Assembly (NCBI GenBank): GCA_037379345.1
Contig: CM074521.1
Coordinates: forward strand, 34,496,704 to 34,560,703
Reading direction: 5' to 3'
DNA: 64,000 nucleotides
Source: Perna viridis
Lineage: Eukaryota
The notes under the pieces were generated by a model, which worked only from the letters and a program-made list of their open reading frames with translations, searched no databases and had not been told where the DNA came from. The position numbers and the translations under genes are program-made. Shown here piece after piece: positions 13,731 to 28,700 of this stretch (positions are counted from its first letter, which is position 1; every line of letters starts with the position of its first letter).

Positions 13731-16700
13731 GTAAGAACATAGTTTTAATGATTGATTCGTCTTGTTTTTGATGGTACATCATGTTTAGATAATAACTTAC
13801 CTAATTGGATCAGGAATTGATTGTTTTATAACGACCAAAAGAATTAAGGATGTTTTATTTGTTTTTATAGTTTTCTGGCAGCAGTTTCTTTGACTGTGCC
13901 AATTGAATACTTCAAAGATCCTTTTTACCTCTTTTTTTTAACTAAAATTTCAACATACGGTTTCATTTATTCCGGCTAAACGTCATGTCATGAACAACTG
14001 TATAAATTAGCATTCTAAACATTTCGGTGGACAGTAGTCTATTTACTATGAAATTTTATAATGATTTGTTTTACTTCCACGAATGTCAGATTATTATTTC
14101 CTGTTGATCGAATTAGTGTTAGAAGCAGAGGAAGTGCAATTTATCTTTAAAAAAAAAACATGTAAAAGGTATGCATCATTAATACGCCCTTAAATAAAAG
14201 ATAATTAAATTTTGTATTCATTTAGGTCAAACCTGAAAAACAAGTTAAAGTTCTGTTGAACAATGTCTGTTAGTTGCAATACTTTTTTTAAAATCTTTAA
14301 TATTGACCCTTTAGTTTTAGATCTGATAAATTATACATAATAGGTTATCCACAATATTATTTTTGAATTATAGCGATTATTGATGCTATATTATACAATA
14401 CTAAAGAAAACCATTTCCTGTAAAAATATAAATTATATTTACAAAACCTCCCGCTGATGAGAAGAGTTCCTCAACGAAGTTCATCATTAATTGCATTATC
14501 TGCCTTAAACAAGTCATCAGTTTCAACAATCGGTGATCAAATCATATTGATCCTTTTTCATTTTAAGCCAATTCTACAAACAAGTTGAGTTTATGTTATT
14601 CCCTTTTGTTGCGTTTCTACCATGTTTAATTCGACGTTTATTTTCACAATTGTCTGAGTAAAAAGGAAATGTATGTAAGGTCTTATGAAGTGTTTTAAGG
14701 ATCTTATCATACATGATATGTCTCTGTCTTGTTATATATCTGTGTTAGATAAACACGGAAGTTGACTATCTTTGAGATTGCCTTGCTTTAGGGTAGTTTT
14801 TTTCCATCAACATCAATTTTAGCTCAAACCTAGCTGTTAGTTCGGATTCAAAGTTACGTTTTTGTTGTGTGTTGTTGTTTTGCCAATGTTTTTGATTGAT
14901 GAAATATGGTATACGGGCACTAGCATTTTATTGAATGAGTTGATAATCGAGTTCCAGGTGTTATTATTGTTGTCTTCTGTCATTTCACCTGACGCTAAGC
15001 TTGTTGTTACAATCATATTTTTGATCACAGAAAGATCAGGTTTATCTTCAAGTCGTCTTATAATAGCTTTAATTTAGGTTTTTCTTTGTTACTCTGTTAC
15101 TTTTGTATCTGTTCTTACAAACAACAATCGATTATAGTAGTTAGTAACATGAAATGTAACACAGACTATAGTGTTTCCTCTTGTTATAGATCTGGTTTAT
15201 GTTTCTTTTTTTCAGTATTGGCAAAATAAAATACTGAACAGTTATCAATTGGACAATCAAAATACCTAAAAATCCAAATTCATGGCCAAAATGTGAAAAC
15301 AGGAAACAAACAACGATCTACAAACACAATATGGCGAACCGAATAAAAAGATTACACATAAAAACTGGAGACAATGAATACAAGACGTAACACAAAGTAA
15401 TAACACTAGCAATATGAATTCCTTAATAAACATAAGAGGAGAAACATCAGCTGTTTTGTTGATTTCACGTTGATGTTCGACTTAGATGAAAATACAAAAT
15501 TAAGTACATTGTTCAGGCATTGCATCATCGGCAACCAAACTGTTTTAAAATGGAACATTAAGAGAAATATATACGATACTTTATTCAAGTAGTAAATATT
15601 TCAAATTAACATAAAATATCTTAACTTTAGTGAAATGTTAATATGCAGCTAACTTGTCAGTATGATAAATCAATTCATCGGAAAATAATACCATTTATTC
15701 AGAAAATTTGTATAGTATAATGTTAGATACAAACAATAACATTTGAAACAGAAATAAAAACAAACAAACAAACAAACAAACTAACTAACAAACTATTGAC
15801 TCCACAAGTAGTAATTGATTTAATTAAGGAATAGATGAAAAGGACAATAATTATCGCGAAAATTTAATGATTTTGTTTTTGTTTGTTTTGTTTTGTTTTT
15901 TTTTAAATTTTCTACATAAAAATATGGTCAATTTATATAACTGTCATTTGAATCAGATAGTTCCTAGCGTGTTAAAATCCTTACCGTCACTTTTCATCGA
16001 TTTTAACATATTTTTCTTTAGCTGTACTTTTTTTTTCATCAGATAAACCCTTGCTTTGGAAAACCGATTATGACGTGCTAAATTACAAGTGTAACCTGTC
16101 CATTATAACTATATCAGAACTGGATCAAATCTGTGAAAAGTTTATTCTGAAGTGTTGACAACTATTTTCCTTTTTTATGATAGGGGCGCCGTGTTTAAGA
16201 TATCTAAAAAATGAATTAGCCAGTGATTAGCATTTCTGTTTATTTTCATACCTGATTCTTTAGATCACGTTCTAACGTAAATCGTTATGTCATTCACACA
16301 GAGATAAAATTATATAACGCTTAATTTATTTTCGTTTAAAACTTTATTCAAAGGGTTAATAGAAGCGTTCAATGATCTGTCTTTAATCTGGTAAAAAATA
16401 ACCGAATAATAGCGCAACAGTCTCAAATAAAATGTTTTGAATGCATACTTATTTTTTTCCACACAAACGTTCAATGTAATGAACGTTACCAAAACAAACC
16501 TAACTTAAGTCTAGACTGTCCTTATGTAAGGAGTAACGTTACTTTTTGAATATAAGAGTAATTAAGGGAACCACGATTCTAGCGGAAAGAAAAAAAAAAT
16601 GTTATTCAGGGACAAACACTAGATATTGAAAACAGACTGACACAACAAAGAACATAAAATAACCAATATAATACATTCAGAATGACATAAGTAAATGAGC

Positions 16701-19700
16701 AACTCGGACTCCCGAACTGGGAGCATGGACCAGATGCACCGGTAGGGTAAGCGTCCTCTACTTTTTAAGAATACAGCCGTCGATATGTTCATTCAAGTTA
16801 AGTTGGAGGTAGAAGAAAGAGGAAAGGAAAACTATGACACGTTGAACAATTCAGTTTTCATGGTGCAAATGGATGCACCGTAACGATGCACAAGTTCATG
16901 GTAACGACCATAAAAATTCTGCAATGATGACTTCAATCTTCAATCATAACTGTTCCAAAAGCCTAATTGTACGACGTGAAGCGCGATACGGCAACCTCTG
17001 GCATATCGTATTGCAATATGGAAACTCCGTACGCAGGCGCCGAAGGGATGTTGTCACAGATGAAAAAAAAAGTTCACAATACGGAAAGAAAAGTCATCGC
17101 GTTTGTCGTATAGTTTGGTTAATAGTTTTCATTTATCATCGGAATCTAAGTGTCGGTCAATATATGAGGCTGAACTTACTGTGTATGCTATATTTGTTAT
17201 CTCAAGTTCTTTCGAGTAGATGCGGTGTATCAAATCCCCGAAAATAGGATCGATTAACGATATTACGTCATCTGTATAGCGGAAACTGATATTGAAGGAT
17301 CTTGCTTAAGGATGTTTCTTCTTTTGGGTCAGATGAGCTTTAAAGTCAGCTTTATAAGAGTGACGGAAATGATCAACAAATAAAGGAGCACCATTTGTTC
17401 CCATTGAAATGCATTGGAATGCCGACCATTTATTGAAAAACGCGTCCGCCATACTTGACAAATATGTTGTCGATAAAAAATTCGGTAAAAAAATTGAAAA
17501 CATCATGTTTGGTATATCTGGGAATTATTTTTAACACAGTTAAAAAATCGTCTATCGACTTAAAACAGTATTTTGGTCGAACAATTGCCATTCTATTAGC
17601 TGTTTTTTCAGTTAAGTATAGGCTTCATTATTAATGAATGTTGTATAGCACAAAAATTCACCTTAAGTTACTGTAAACGTACTAATTTTTGCTTTTTGTG
17701 GGGTGGACAAAAAAAACCATCGAAAAATAGTATACGCAAAATTGATTTTCAATACTTTGTGACGCAAATCATTTGTTTTGTTTTTTTTTTTTTTTTTGGA
17801 AACCGCGAAAATTGATACACGCGAATATGCTCACTTGAATCCGCAAAAATTAATACATTTACAATATTAATAACACACGAGCCTAAGCAACTTTTTTATG
17901 TTGTTGAAAGTAAATAACGCGAATTGACATTCCGCACTTATCAAATTTCACGAGTTAATACTCCGAAATAACCGAGATTTTACGAGATATAATTTTTTAT
18001 AGAAAATGATATATAATCAAACAACAACCAACTTTTGCGAAGTTAATTTCCATAGCACTTGTTCATATCACATCGTCCATGGCGTGATATTGCAAATATA
18101 TAGCCGTCCAAGAAGTAGATAAAAAGCGACCAGGCAGAACTGTTGATTTGATGTAAGAGTTATCAAGGGAACCAAGGTTATAAGGTAATCAAAAGAATGC
18201 AATCTAGAGACATAGACCAGACATGGAAAACAGACATTCACAACAAAGAACACAAAGTAACTAAAATTATACATATAAGGCAGTTTTATTTATGTAAACA
18301 ATACTTATTATACTATTGACGGATATTTATAAGTTGTAAGTATATGATTTAAATACGATGCAGAAGCAAACGTTATAATTATGAGTAATAATCTTAATCA
18401 ATGGTATGTATCTATTTACAGTTTACGGACAGATTAATTGTCATATTTGCCTTTTCTGTTTGATTAGATATACAAGGAGTAGCCCAGGAAAGCTAACGCA
18501 GTAACGCAATCAGTTTAGCGAATGTAATTATACCCCACGCTTAGTTTGCATCCATGACGTTCTAATTTCAATATCGAAATCATCTTTTTCGTTTTGTTTT
18601 TGCGAATTCTTGAACATAGAAAGAAATGTCACACTAGTTGTAATATTGAAGGTTGATGCATATGTATTGGTATTTTGTCGTTAGTTTGATCGTTGATCTG
18701 GATTCTTAAGGGCGGGTTTTACAGAGGTGTTCAGGAAATGTGAATATGAAATCTATATCACATTGTCATTTTCATGTGGTGATTAATATATCTATTGCCG
18801 TTATGGGAGACATGAAAAATAACACAAAAAAAAAACAAAACGTGTCTATTATTTTTAGAGTCAATGCAAACTTAGTACGATATAAATGTGTCTTAAACGT
18901 GTCTTATGAAGTTTGTAAAACATTGGAGTCGTCTTTTTCTTTATTATACATCATTGTTGAGTAATGATGAGCTAAAATGAAACCGAATTGGTCAAGTGCA
19001 TTTTTCAGATTCGCACAGCAATTGGTATCTTAAAGTTTTACTAAAAAGCTAATTTGAATTTGTATCGTTGAGGAAAATATCTTAAATGTCCATTCCCAGC
19101 AGAATAAGTGGTTTGATAAAGATAATAAAACTGTAATTGTTATTATCAATAATATGAATTTTCCTCGGTTTAAAACCTGTCTGAACTACATATACACTAT
19201 TTGTAAGGAATTCGACCATTAATTGTGAGAAAGACGTAAATGCTGAGTTCAAATACAATTCGCATTTGATTTTACTATGCCATGGTATTATATTTAATCG
19301 TAATTAACCTGCTATTCTGTATTCAATACTAGAGAATGATCTGTGTGCCATTTCTTATAAAACAATCAACAGATGTTTAATTAGGACTGTGATACGGGAG
19401 ATATGTAAACTCATGCTGTTATTCTCGATTTATTCTCCGTTTCTTGTGCTTGTTTTATAGATGAAGGTGTTTATTGAATATTAATTTGAATTCCATCTTG
19501 GCGTTTATCATGCTTTGAATCTCCACATCATTCATCTCGTTACAGTTTTGAAAATTTTGAAATACTTGAAAATACACGAGAAATCTTTATTTGTGATTTT
19601 TTACAAAAAATATCAATTCCTTTTTTATCTAAATCTAAACGTTTTTAATATAGTGATAAAGAAATTCGTCTACATTATGTATTGTATTTCCAAGTGTTTC

Positions 19701-22700
19701 CTGTCAATTTCCACAGTTGATCTCTTGAAATACATACATTATTTTTTTAACGCAAAAGATGACACACATATACGTGCACGGTCCACAATTCACATGCGCA
19801 AATTCTGTTCACATAAAATTCATGTGAATGTCACATGAAATTCACGTGATTATCACGTGAAATTCAGTTAAAATGAATTTCATGTGAAAAAAAAACGTGA
19901 ATGTTATCGGAAGGCTCGATTCACCCGAATTTCACGCGAATTTATCAAAAGTTTCTTTGCTCATTTCAGGTGAAAATTATGTGAAATTTGTGTGAAAATC
20001 ATATGAAATAATTTCCTCCGTATACAATACAACCTATGCATTTCTTGATTTAAGAAGAGCGGAAAATAATAGAGTTGTTTATACATCAATCTTAGAACGA
20101 GCAAAGACAATAAATGAAATGAGTTTGTCATGTATAATTTAGTTTCAGGAACCAATCCAAGATACTGTAACAAGTGTCATTTATCATTATCTCCTTAATC
20201 AAGCAAATTACTACTTTTTAATGTCATTCGTTGAAAGGAACAATATTTCAAAATCATATTATGGGCGAAAATTTGAATTTATAGTCAATTAAAGTTAATA
20301 TTCTTATGATTTTTTTTTCTTTTCCTGGAACTATGCAGGTTCCCCCAGATGAAAAGCATAAAACTTTAACCTAATTTACACCCGTATTACCGAAGTATGT
20401 GTGAGTATTTTTATTTGATTATAGTGGTGCTACATCAAAGGTTTATATCATATTAAGTGGAAGACAATTGAATCTTATCGACAATAAAGAACCTGTGTTC
20501 ATTTAATATCAGAATTTAACCATCTGTCTTTTCGCCATTCCAAATTTTCGAAAACAGATGACAAAACTACCTGATCCTAAAATAATTAACTCTAATGGAA
20601 GCGGCACTATAAAACCTGATTTAACCCACCTCCATTTTGAAATTCCTATACCAAGTCAGGACCATTGAGGTGGTTTTGCCACTTCCCGGATTTGCCCTGA
20701 TATTGCCATTTGATATACGTCTTTCCATTCAGATTATGCTTTTTGATTACTGCTTAGACTTTGTCAGTTCGGAAATTTTATTATTACACAACCATTCATA
20801 TGTAAACTCAGATTCTATACACAATTCTAATTCATAGATTTCATATTAAAAATATCTTAGAATTATTTTGTTGTGAGAGAACAGAGATTTCTCTACAGCA
20901 ACTGTGGGTATTTATCAATAGTCATAACTATATTGCTGATACAACTATTTCTAATAGAGGAGAGTGCCATACTTATTTTGCTTCTTTAACAGATTGTTCG
21001 ACAAACTGCAAAGTTTCAAATACATTTCTATTGAAAAATTAGGATTGACATGCTGAGCAAAAAGGGATTCCAACCAAACAGAGGGGCAATAAAGTCAGAA
21101 TCGTGAAATTTGCATTATCGTGTCGATGCTGTTTTGGATTTCTCTTTAAACGTAACTGGCGGTTATAACAGAAAGTGGTAAAAACCCACTTTAACATCGA
21201 AACATATCAAGTATTGTCATTTAATTACTGTCCTTTACATTTTTTGTCACTTTACATGAAATTTTAATCTTTCGTTCGTTGAAGACAATTCAGGCAGAAT
21301 ATTTATCACTCAACCTGTATATGTCTAATTTTGTTCGATTTCTCATCATCAAAGGATCAGGTAGGGTTTTTTTGCCTGAATTCCCTTTTCAAAGGAGATG
21401 AAAACTAAACAACATTTCAGCATGTTGTTAATTAAGGAATGAGTAACTGTTTTGTAGCAGTAAACCTTTGTTGTTGGATATTGATTAATCTTTAGAAAAG
21501 AATCCAGTACAAGTTAAACAGCTATTATAGCATCAAGCGATATTTTAAAGTCCTCATTTTTTCTTTATGTGATAAAAATAGAACGTTTTCTGAAATTCAA
21601 TATAACATGATAAGAACCTACCCTAAGAAAATCGGTTGTATGCATGATTAAATTATAAAGAGAACCCAGATTGCATTTATCTGACTAAAACTCAGACAGT
21701 TCTATAACTGTTGTGTTAAAAGAATAATGATTTATTGAAGTGTTCATTAATTATATCAATAATAATAGTATTTCCAATTTGATATGTGTATGTTACTTGT
21801 TTGGAGAGTTGTATGTGTTTTCCATGTCTGGTCTTTGTCCCTGGATAACATTCTTTTGATTTCTGCTAGAATCTTAATTCCTCTTATTACTCTTGAGCAT
21901 AAATGGTTTCGTCGTCATTACCATGGCTACATTTTCTGACGAATTTAAGAAAAAGTCGTAATACCAAAGTGTCGAACCCTTGAATAAAAAAAATGCAGGT
22001 AACGCCAAAAGAAAAGAAAATGAGAAGAATATGGAAAACGCAGAATACCTAAAATTTACACTTTTACAGAAAAAAAAGCAGAGTAGTTTGCGATAAGTGT
22101 GGCGATATTTACTTCAGTAATGTCCATGCTTGTACGCAATTTTGGAATAATTCAGATTAATTATTCACTGAACGATATTTAATACTCTTGTTCATTTGAC
22201 GTGGATTACAGACGGTTTTCCCATTCTTTTAATAAAGATGTTTATTGTAACTAGAAATTAAATATTGACAACTGCTTGATTATTTAACAACAGCTCCACC
22301 CTTTTAATGCTTAGCTTGTGCCCTAATTATCATTATTATATTTGTTAAGAGTTAGAATATTTCTATCGCTAGCGACCTATAAACAAAAATAAGACAATGA
22401 TTAGGTAGCCATCGTAACTAATCATCAGTGTAATGGAGAAATCCAATCTATTTCTGAAGACATTACTCACTGATTGGTAATCTTGATGGGTACTGTACAA
22501 TAAATGAAACCTTTAATGAATATTGTGACTTCCTATATTATGTTTGACCGTTGTTTTGTCTGATGCACTTTTGATTTTATTAATGTGTTCTTTGGGATGG
22601 TAATATATTGTGAATTCATATCGTGCAGTAAGAAGATAATTGTGTCTGTCTTATTTGAATTCTTTTATATATGCATCAACATAAACATATTATTCAAGTT

Positions 22701-25700
22701 TGAACGTAAAAAACAAACAAAAGGTAAAATGCATATCGAATTGCAGAATTGAACTTTATTCGGTGGTAGAATTTCAAAATTCGTACCCTAAACAACATTT
22801 GACATATGGTCAATGAAATGACACATTTACTGTTGAACATAATTAGGATTATACAAAGATTTCAAAGTAGATATTTTTTTTCATAAACGGACTATCTGCC
22901 ACATTGTATGCTGTTTTAATAACATGTTTTTATTCCATTCGGACATCCTAAATCAGCTGTTAGTTTGTATAGGTATAACAAATTGACAAACAGACAATTT
23001 CGTGTTTGCTAAGTGATAGGCGATGGGCATGTATGGAGCATGTATGGAGCATGCTTAATTTAGACTTTGTCGAGGATTTTAGTTTGTATCACCGAAGCCC
23101 TACCTCGCAGAAGTACATGTCACTTGCTCATCGATATAACACAAACGCATCTTGTACTGTTTTTGATTTCTATTGTGATCTTGTATTCTTGTTGTCATCT
23201 GAGACAAAAGACCTACAGAAGTATTCGGGGAGAACGCAATTGATCGTCGAATAAAAACGAATATGAAAAATGATATTCTCTCAATAACACACGATGTCAA
23301 AGACCTACCAAGATGTTTTATTTGAGCTTAATAATAGATAAGAGAGAGAATATATACTGAATATCACATTCGAAATCTGTATGGTATGCTTTATCAATCC
23401 GAGACTCCTATATTACCACAAGAGCCACCGGCCCGCGGGCCGATATGGTGACGCATGTTATACAGATTTTGACATGTCATTTTATTATATCATATATTTT
23501 AACTATACTTCTAGTATGGTCCGTGAAGGGGTGCGATATAGGGTATGCGATAAAGGTTAAGGGGTATGATATAGGGTATGCAGTACAGGTCTTAAGGTGT
23601 TGATTTAGGGTATACGATATATGGTTTACAATACAGAGTTTAAACACACACTTATAATGCAAATACAAAAAAGGTATAATACAAATATACGATATGTCAA
23701 AATATTTGTATTTCCATAAAAAGATAAACAAATATGTAGACTGTGCTTTAAGACTAATTACATGACAAACGAGGTAATAAAAAAACACTATCATGAGCTA
23801 TAGTGTTATAGTGTTGTAATATCACGGAGTGAAACAGAATATGACCCTGAAGGAAAGACCTTAGACTGAACCTGAATGTGAAATATTAGGACCGTAAAAA
23901 ATAAGGATGAATATTATGATATCGATACCTGACTCAATGACTATCGTATAGGGAGATCTTAGCACAAACCACAAATATTCCCAAATTAAAGTTGTGGACT
24001 GTTTGATCAGATACATTAATATAGCTTATGACCTTGTTAGAAATAACATGATTGCACCATGTATGTTGTCCACGTATAAAGTGACGACAAATCAATAACA
24101 TTGATGTAATCATAATATTTTTTTATCTTCCTTTCTCAAACACTTTGACAGAGTGAAGATCGCAACAATTTATCAAATTAATGGATGCATCTATTTTTAT
24201 GACCCGACAGACCTTACGAAAGCATCATAAAAATGATAGTTGTTAGTTGTAAAAAAGAAAAACAAGCGTCGGCTATGAGATGGTTAAAATACGTAAAAAT
24301 CCAAAAACATAGCCTGAATGTGAAAACATGAAACCAAGATGATTTTCATACATAATGTAGCGAACCGAATAAAAAGATTACACCTAGAAACTGAAGAATG
24401 AATAAGTAAGTAATTAACAAGTATCCTTTCCATCTGTCTTCAATAAACTCAAAAACACATCGAATATACAGGACAAGTTATCACAAAATATTTTGTCGAC
24501 GTACATTTAGAACAGTAATGTTTATGTCATCATTTTGACAGATTCACTTTAAATAAAATTGGCCTTCTTTTTTCACAAATCAAAGCTTTCATACACAATA
24601 AAATTCAACTCAGAGAAAATTATGCCATTTAATTTTGTAATGAAAACAAATCAAATATTGATAAAATAGAGTCTTATCCATCAGATATCTCCTTACTAAT
24701 ATTTGGTACGTAAAACTAGCGCGCAAGTTATTTATGACTTACACGCTATGAACCCATTAAGTCAAAAAGAAAGCTATCGCATGATGTAAACAAATTAAAA
24801 TTCATAATATCGTAATTACTTTTAAAATATTTTGAACATTTTGATTAATTGCTCTGATATGATAGTAAAATATGATTTCAAGGTTACACAAGAAACCGAA
24901 TATGATATTCTACTATATAATTTTTGTATATTTATTTGTAAAGTTTCATGTCGTATTGTTACTGGTCAAACGCTGCAACTATTCAATTATTGAAGATTAA
25001 ACATGTTATGTTAAGAAACAGTCTAATATTCGGATGTTCAAATTATGCGTTTGGTTCTATTTTTGGTCGTTTAGGTGAGCTGTATACATAAATAATAGAC
25101 GCACATGTATCAAACATTTAAAACATTATTGTCTATTGAGATATTTTTATCTGTTCAAACACATTTGTCTTTTTGTTGATTGTACTTGCCTTTCATATAT
25201 ATATATATAAAGGTCTGAAAAATTCCCAACGATGTTAGAACTGTCAAATTTGCGATGCAAATGTTTGGTCGTTCTCTCCGCGGGACTCGGAATATTAACA
25301 TCGTTTTTGTCATGCCTTTCTATACGTTTATATATCTTCCCTGTATCAATTTGATCCGATGGAGCAGTGTAGCAAGTAGAGTCGTCACATTCTGTTCATT
25401 AAATCATGCTTCTTCCTGATTATATTCATTTGCATTATTTGTTGTTTTGGTTTGTTTTGTAGCTGTTATTTTTGTTTTTTTTTCCTATTATTTCCTTGTT
25501 TATTCGGATAATGTTTTATGATTATCATATACCATTCAGGAAAGGGCTTCTTTCATATCAATTTAAGCCATAATGGGATGTGTTTAACTCCATTAATAAG
25601 TAAACCTATTACGATCTTAATTTTAGTCTTTTGTTATACAACTGTTTGTTTAATACCGAGCTAGTCGTGTTTTATGGGAATGCATTGGTCTTCTTACGGT

Positions 25701-28700
25701 AATTAATAACACTTAACGTCTCTTTTCTCACGAAAAGACCTCGTGAATAACATCAAGGGAGACACAATGTTTCCTGTTCTTCATCATTTCTACACTGTGT
25801 ATTACAAATCGATGCAATGACTGAATATTAAGAAAAAAACTTGAGCTGTATCCTGTGTTTGTATCCATAAGCAAATAATTGTTGGTGAGTGTTGACCATT
25901 TATATAAATAGTTGTTGAAGAATAAATGTGATATATCAGCGGTATGCTAGAGTTATGAAGTATATATATAAAATAGGGTCATCAGTCAGTGGTGCGTGTT
26001 ACTCTTTTTTTTTCTAGTCAACGTCTCTCGTTTTAAATTTCAAATTAACATAACAATATAAAGCATAAAGGTTCACATGTGGTAATTGATGAATACTTAT
26101 TAGCTCCTTTAGATTCGACACTCTTGCATCTATTTTGACGTCTTTGCTTTTAATTTTTGTGTTTTTTTTTTATTTTATGAGCAACTCGGTGGGTTGTTCT
26201 AAAAAATCAGAGCATGCTTCCCCTATTGGTTCACCTGGTTAGTGATTTTGTTGATCATTGACTTTTGTTTCTTGGTACGTGTACTTCTGGTCATTTCACG
26301 TTCTTTGTTATGTGTGTCTGGTTTTTTTTCTGTCTAGTCTTTGTCTGTGGAATATTTTTTTTTAATTTTCGCTCGAATCTATCAAAACATCAAACACCCA
26401 TCCGTTCGATTAAAAAAACATCTTAAACAATAATTATGCTATCATATTACTTGCATTGTGTCGTACAGTGTAGATGGTTAGTCTAGAATATTTGGTTAGT
26501 ACACAATGTATAGGAGTCCATGACAGTTACGAGAGGGGTGTCAAGATCATGTTTACGATGCAAGTCACATTAAATAAATAGCATCAATACACCCCTGAAA
26601 GTGACTCCGGATATTGCTATACTGCTTTATCGGATTATGATTTTCGTAATAGCATTAGTAAAATCATGATTCGATTAAGCAGTGTAGTTAGAGTGGTGAC
26701 ATTCTGAGAAGTAAAGCACCACGATAGATGTGCTGTACATTTTATTACTTCTAATTTACATTTCTTACTTTAAAGGACATCTGTTAACTCGATTTCTAGA
26801 TTGTAATGGTGGGTACGAAAATTTGTTAATCCTAGACTGAATGTAGCTGTTAATTGTCATTTTTTCATATGTCATGTCTGATATGTCACTCAGCCAGTTT
26901 CTACATGACGTAGTCGTCCCAGATACACTATGGAATTAACCACTAATGAACCACCAGTTAATGAAGGTTAAATGTTTGAACCCGTAGTTAATGAATGGTG
27001 TATTGAAGGTTTCATGTCAGACTGTCTCTTAGATTGTCAGACTGTATGGAAGAAGAAGTTAAAAAAAAATAGATCTAAATTATTTTGTTTATGAAAATCA
27101 AGAGTTAAGTTGATTTTTCTGTGTTTCAGATATTAGCAATTAGAATAATTGAGAAAGATAAATTTGATTAGCAGCTTCAAAAAGTGTGTTCCTCGTTCTT
27201 GCCCCCAATGTATACATATGTCGTTTAGCGTTCTTATCTGTGAGGTTTACGCAAGTTGTTCGGTGTTAGTGTGTCCACGAATCCGTATATTCTTGTATGT
27301 TTGTTGTTCGTGTCTCCTATTGTGTCTGTATTTTATTGGGAGTTCGTATATCCTTTGTCTCTATGTTTTATTCGGAGTTCGTGTTTCCTTTTTGTATGTG
27401 ATTTTTTTTAGTTCCTGTCTCCTTTGTGCGGTTGTTTTATTCGAGTAAATGTATCTTTTGTGTCTGTGAGTTGTTTGCAGTTCTTTTCACTTTTATGTTT
27501 GTGAAAGTTCGTGTCTTCTTGTGGCTACGTTTTGTTCTGAGTTCATGTCTCCTTTTTGTCTGAGAGGAGTTAGTGGTTTGAGTCGCCATAGTTTATGTAT
27601 ATTGTTTAGAGTTCATGTCTCCTTTACGTCTATGAGTTTTCCGGAGTTCATGTCTCCTTTGCGTCTATGAGTTGTTCGGAGTTCGTGTCTCCTTTGCGTC
27701 TGCGAGTAGTTAGTGGTTGGTAACTCCTAGTGGCAGCGGTTTGTTCTTTGTTCTTGTCTCTGTCGTGTTTGTGTGTTACTTGGAGTATGTGTCTCCTGTG
27801 TGTCTGCGAGTAATTAGTGGTTGTGATTTACTCAGATTTCTCATTTCATTTGTGTTTGTGTTTAATGCGGAGTTCATGTCTCTTTCCTGTTGGTGTTTTT
27901 TTTTTCGGTGTTTGTGTTTACTTTGTGTCTTTAATTATGCAGAGTTCGTGTGTTCTTTGTGTTTGTTACGTGTTCGGAGTTCGTATCTCTTTTTTTTTGT
28001 CTGTGATGTGTTCGGACTTCATATCCTTGGCGTCTGTCTGTGATCGTTGGGTGTGTTTCTCCTTTGAGTCCAAGTTCGTGTCGCCATTGCATCCGTGTGT
28101 TCATTATGCAGAGTTCGTGCCTCGTTTATTCCTGTGTTTTATTCTGAGTTTGTGTCTCCTTTCTTTCTGTGTTATTTCAGGTACTTGTATACTTTGTATC
28201 TACGTGTTGTGTCTCCATTGTGTCTTCAATTTTCTTTGATTCTTTTTTCAGCTTAAAGGTGTGAGATTTATCTTTAATGTTCGGAACAACATTTTAAAGT
28301 ATGTTTTTCTTGCTGGCACATGAATAAATGATACGTTTGCCTAATGAGATCTACTCAATATTTAATTAATAGCATTTAATTAGATTAATTAACTTTCCCT
28401 ACTTCGACGAATGCCTCTTACGTTAGTTGAAACTACTAACTGCAAGGTAATAAATGTTACCTACAACTAATGAATGTTTAATTGTTTCTTTGTTTAATTT
28501 AAATTGAATAACGATTCTATAATAATTGACCCGTCACAACCAGACACGTGAAAGGAAATATTGTACCGAATGTTTCATTGATAAACTACGTCGTGAAGGG
28601 AACATGATTAAGTTACAAAAACCTGTAAAATTGGTTTCATTTTGATAGTCGTTGTGTTCTCCTTTATTTGTGCTATTTTCTATATTGCTTTAAGTAGCAC

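Noticed and set aside
14454-14480. CTGATGA hammerhead-like core
   Set aside because: Followed by CGAAG rather than GAAA, with no convincing stems I and III or cleavage triplet.
27149-28239. Hydrophobic, Cys-rich ORFs of 99-140 aa
   Set aside because: They arise from the A-poor minisatellite, which rarely forms stop codons.
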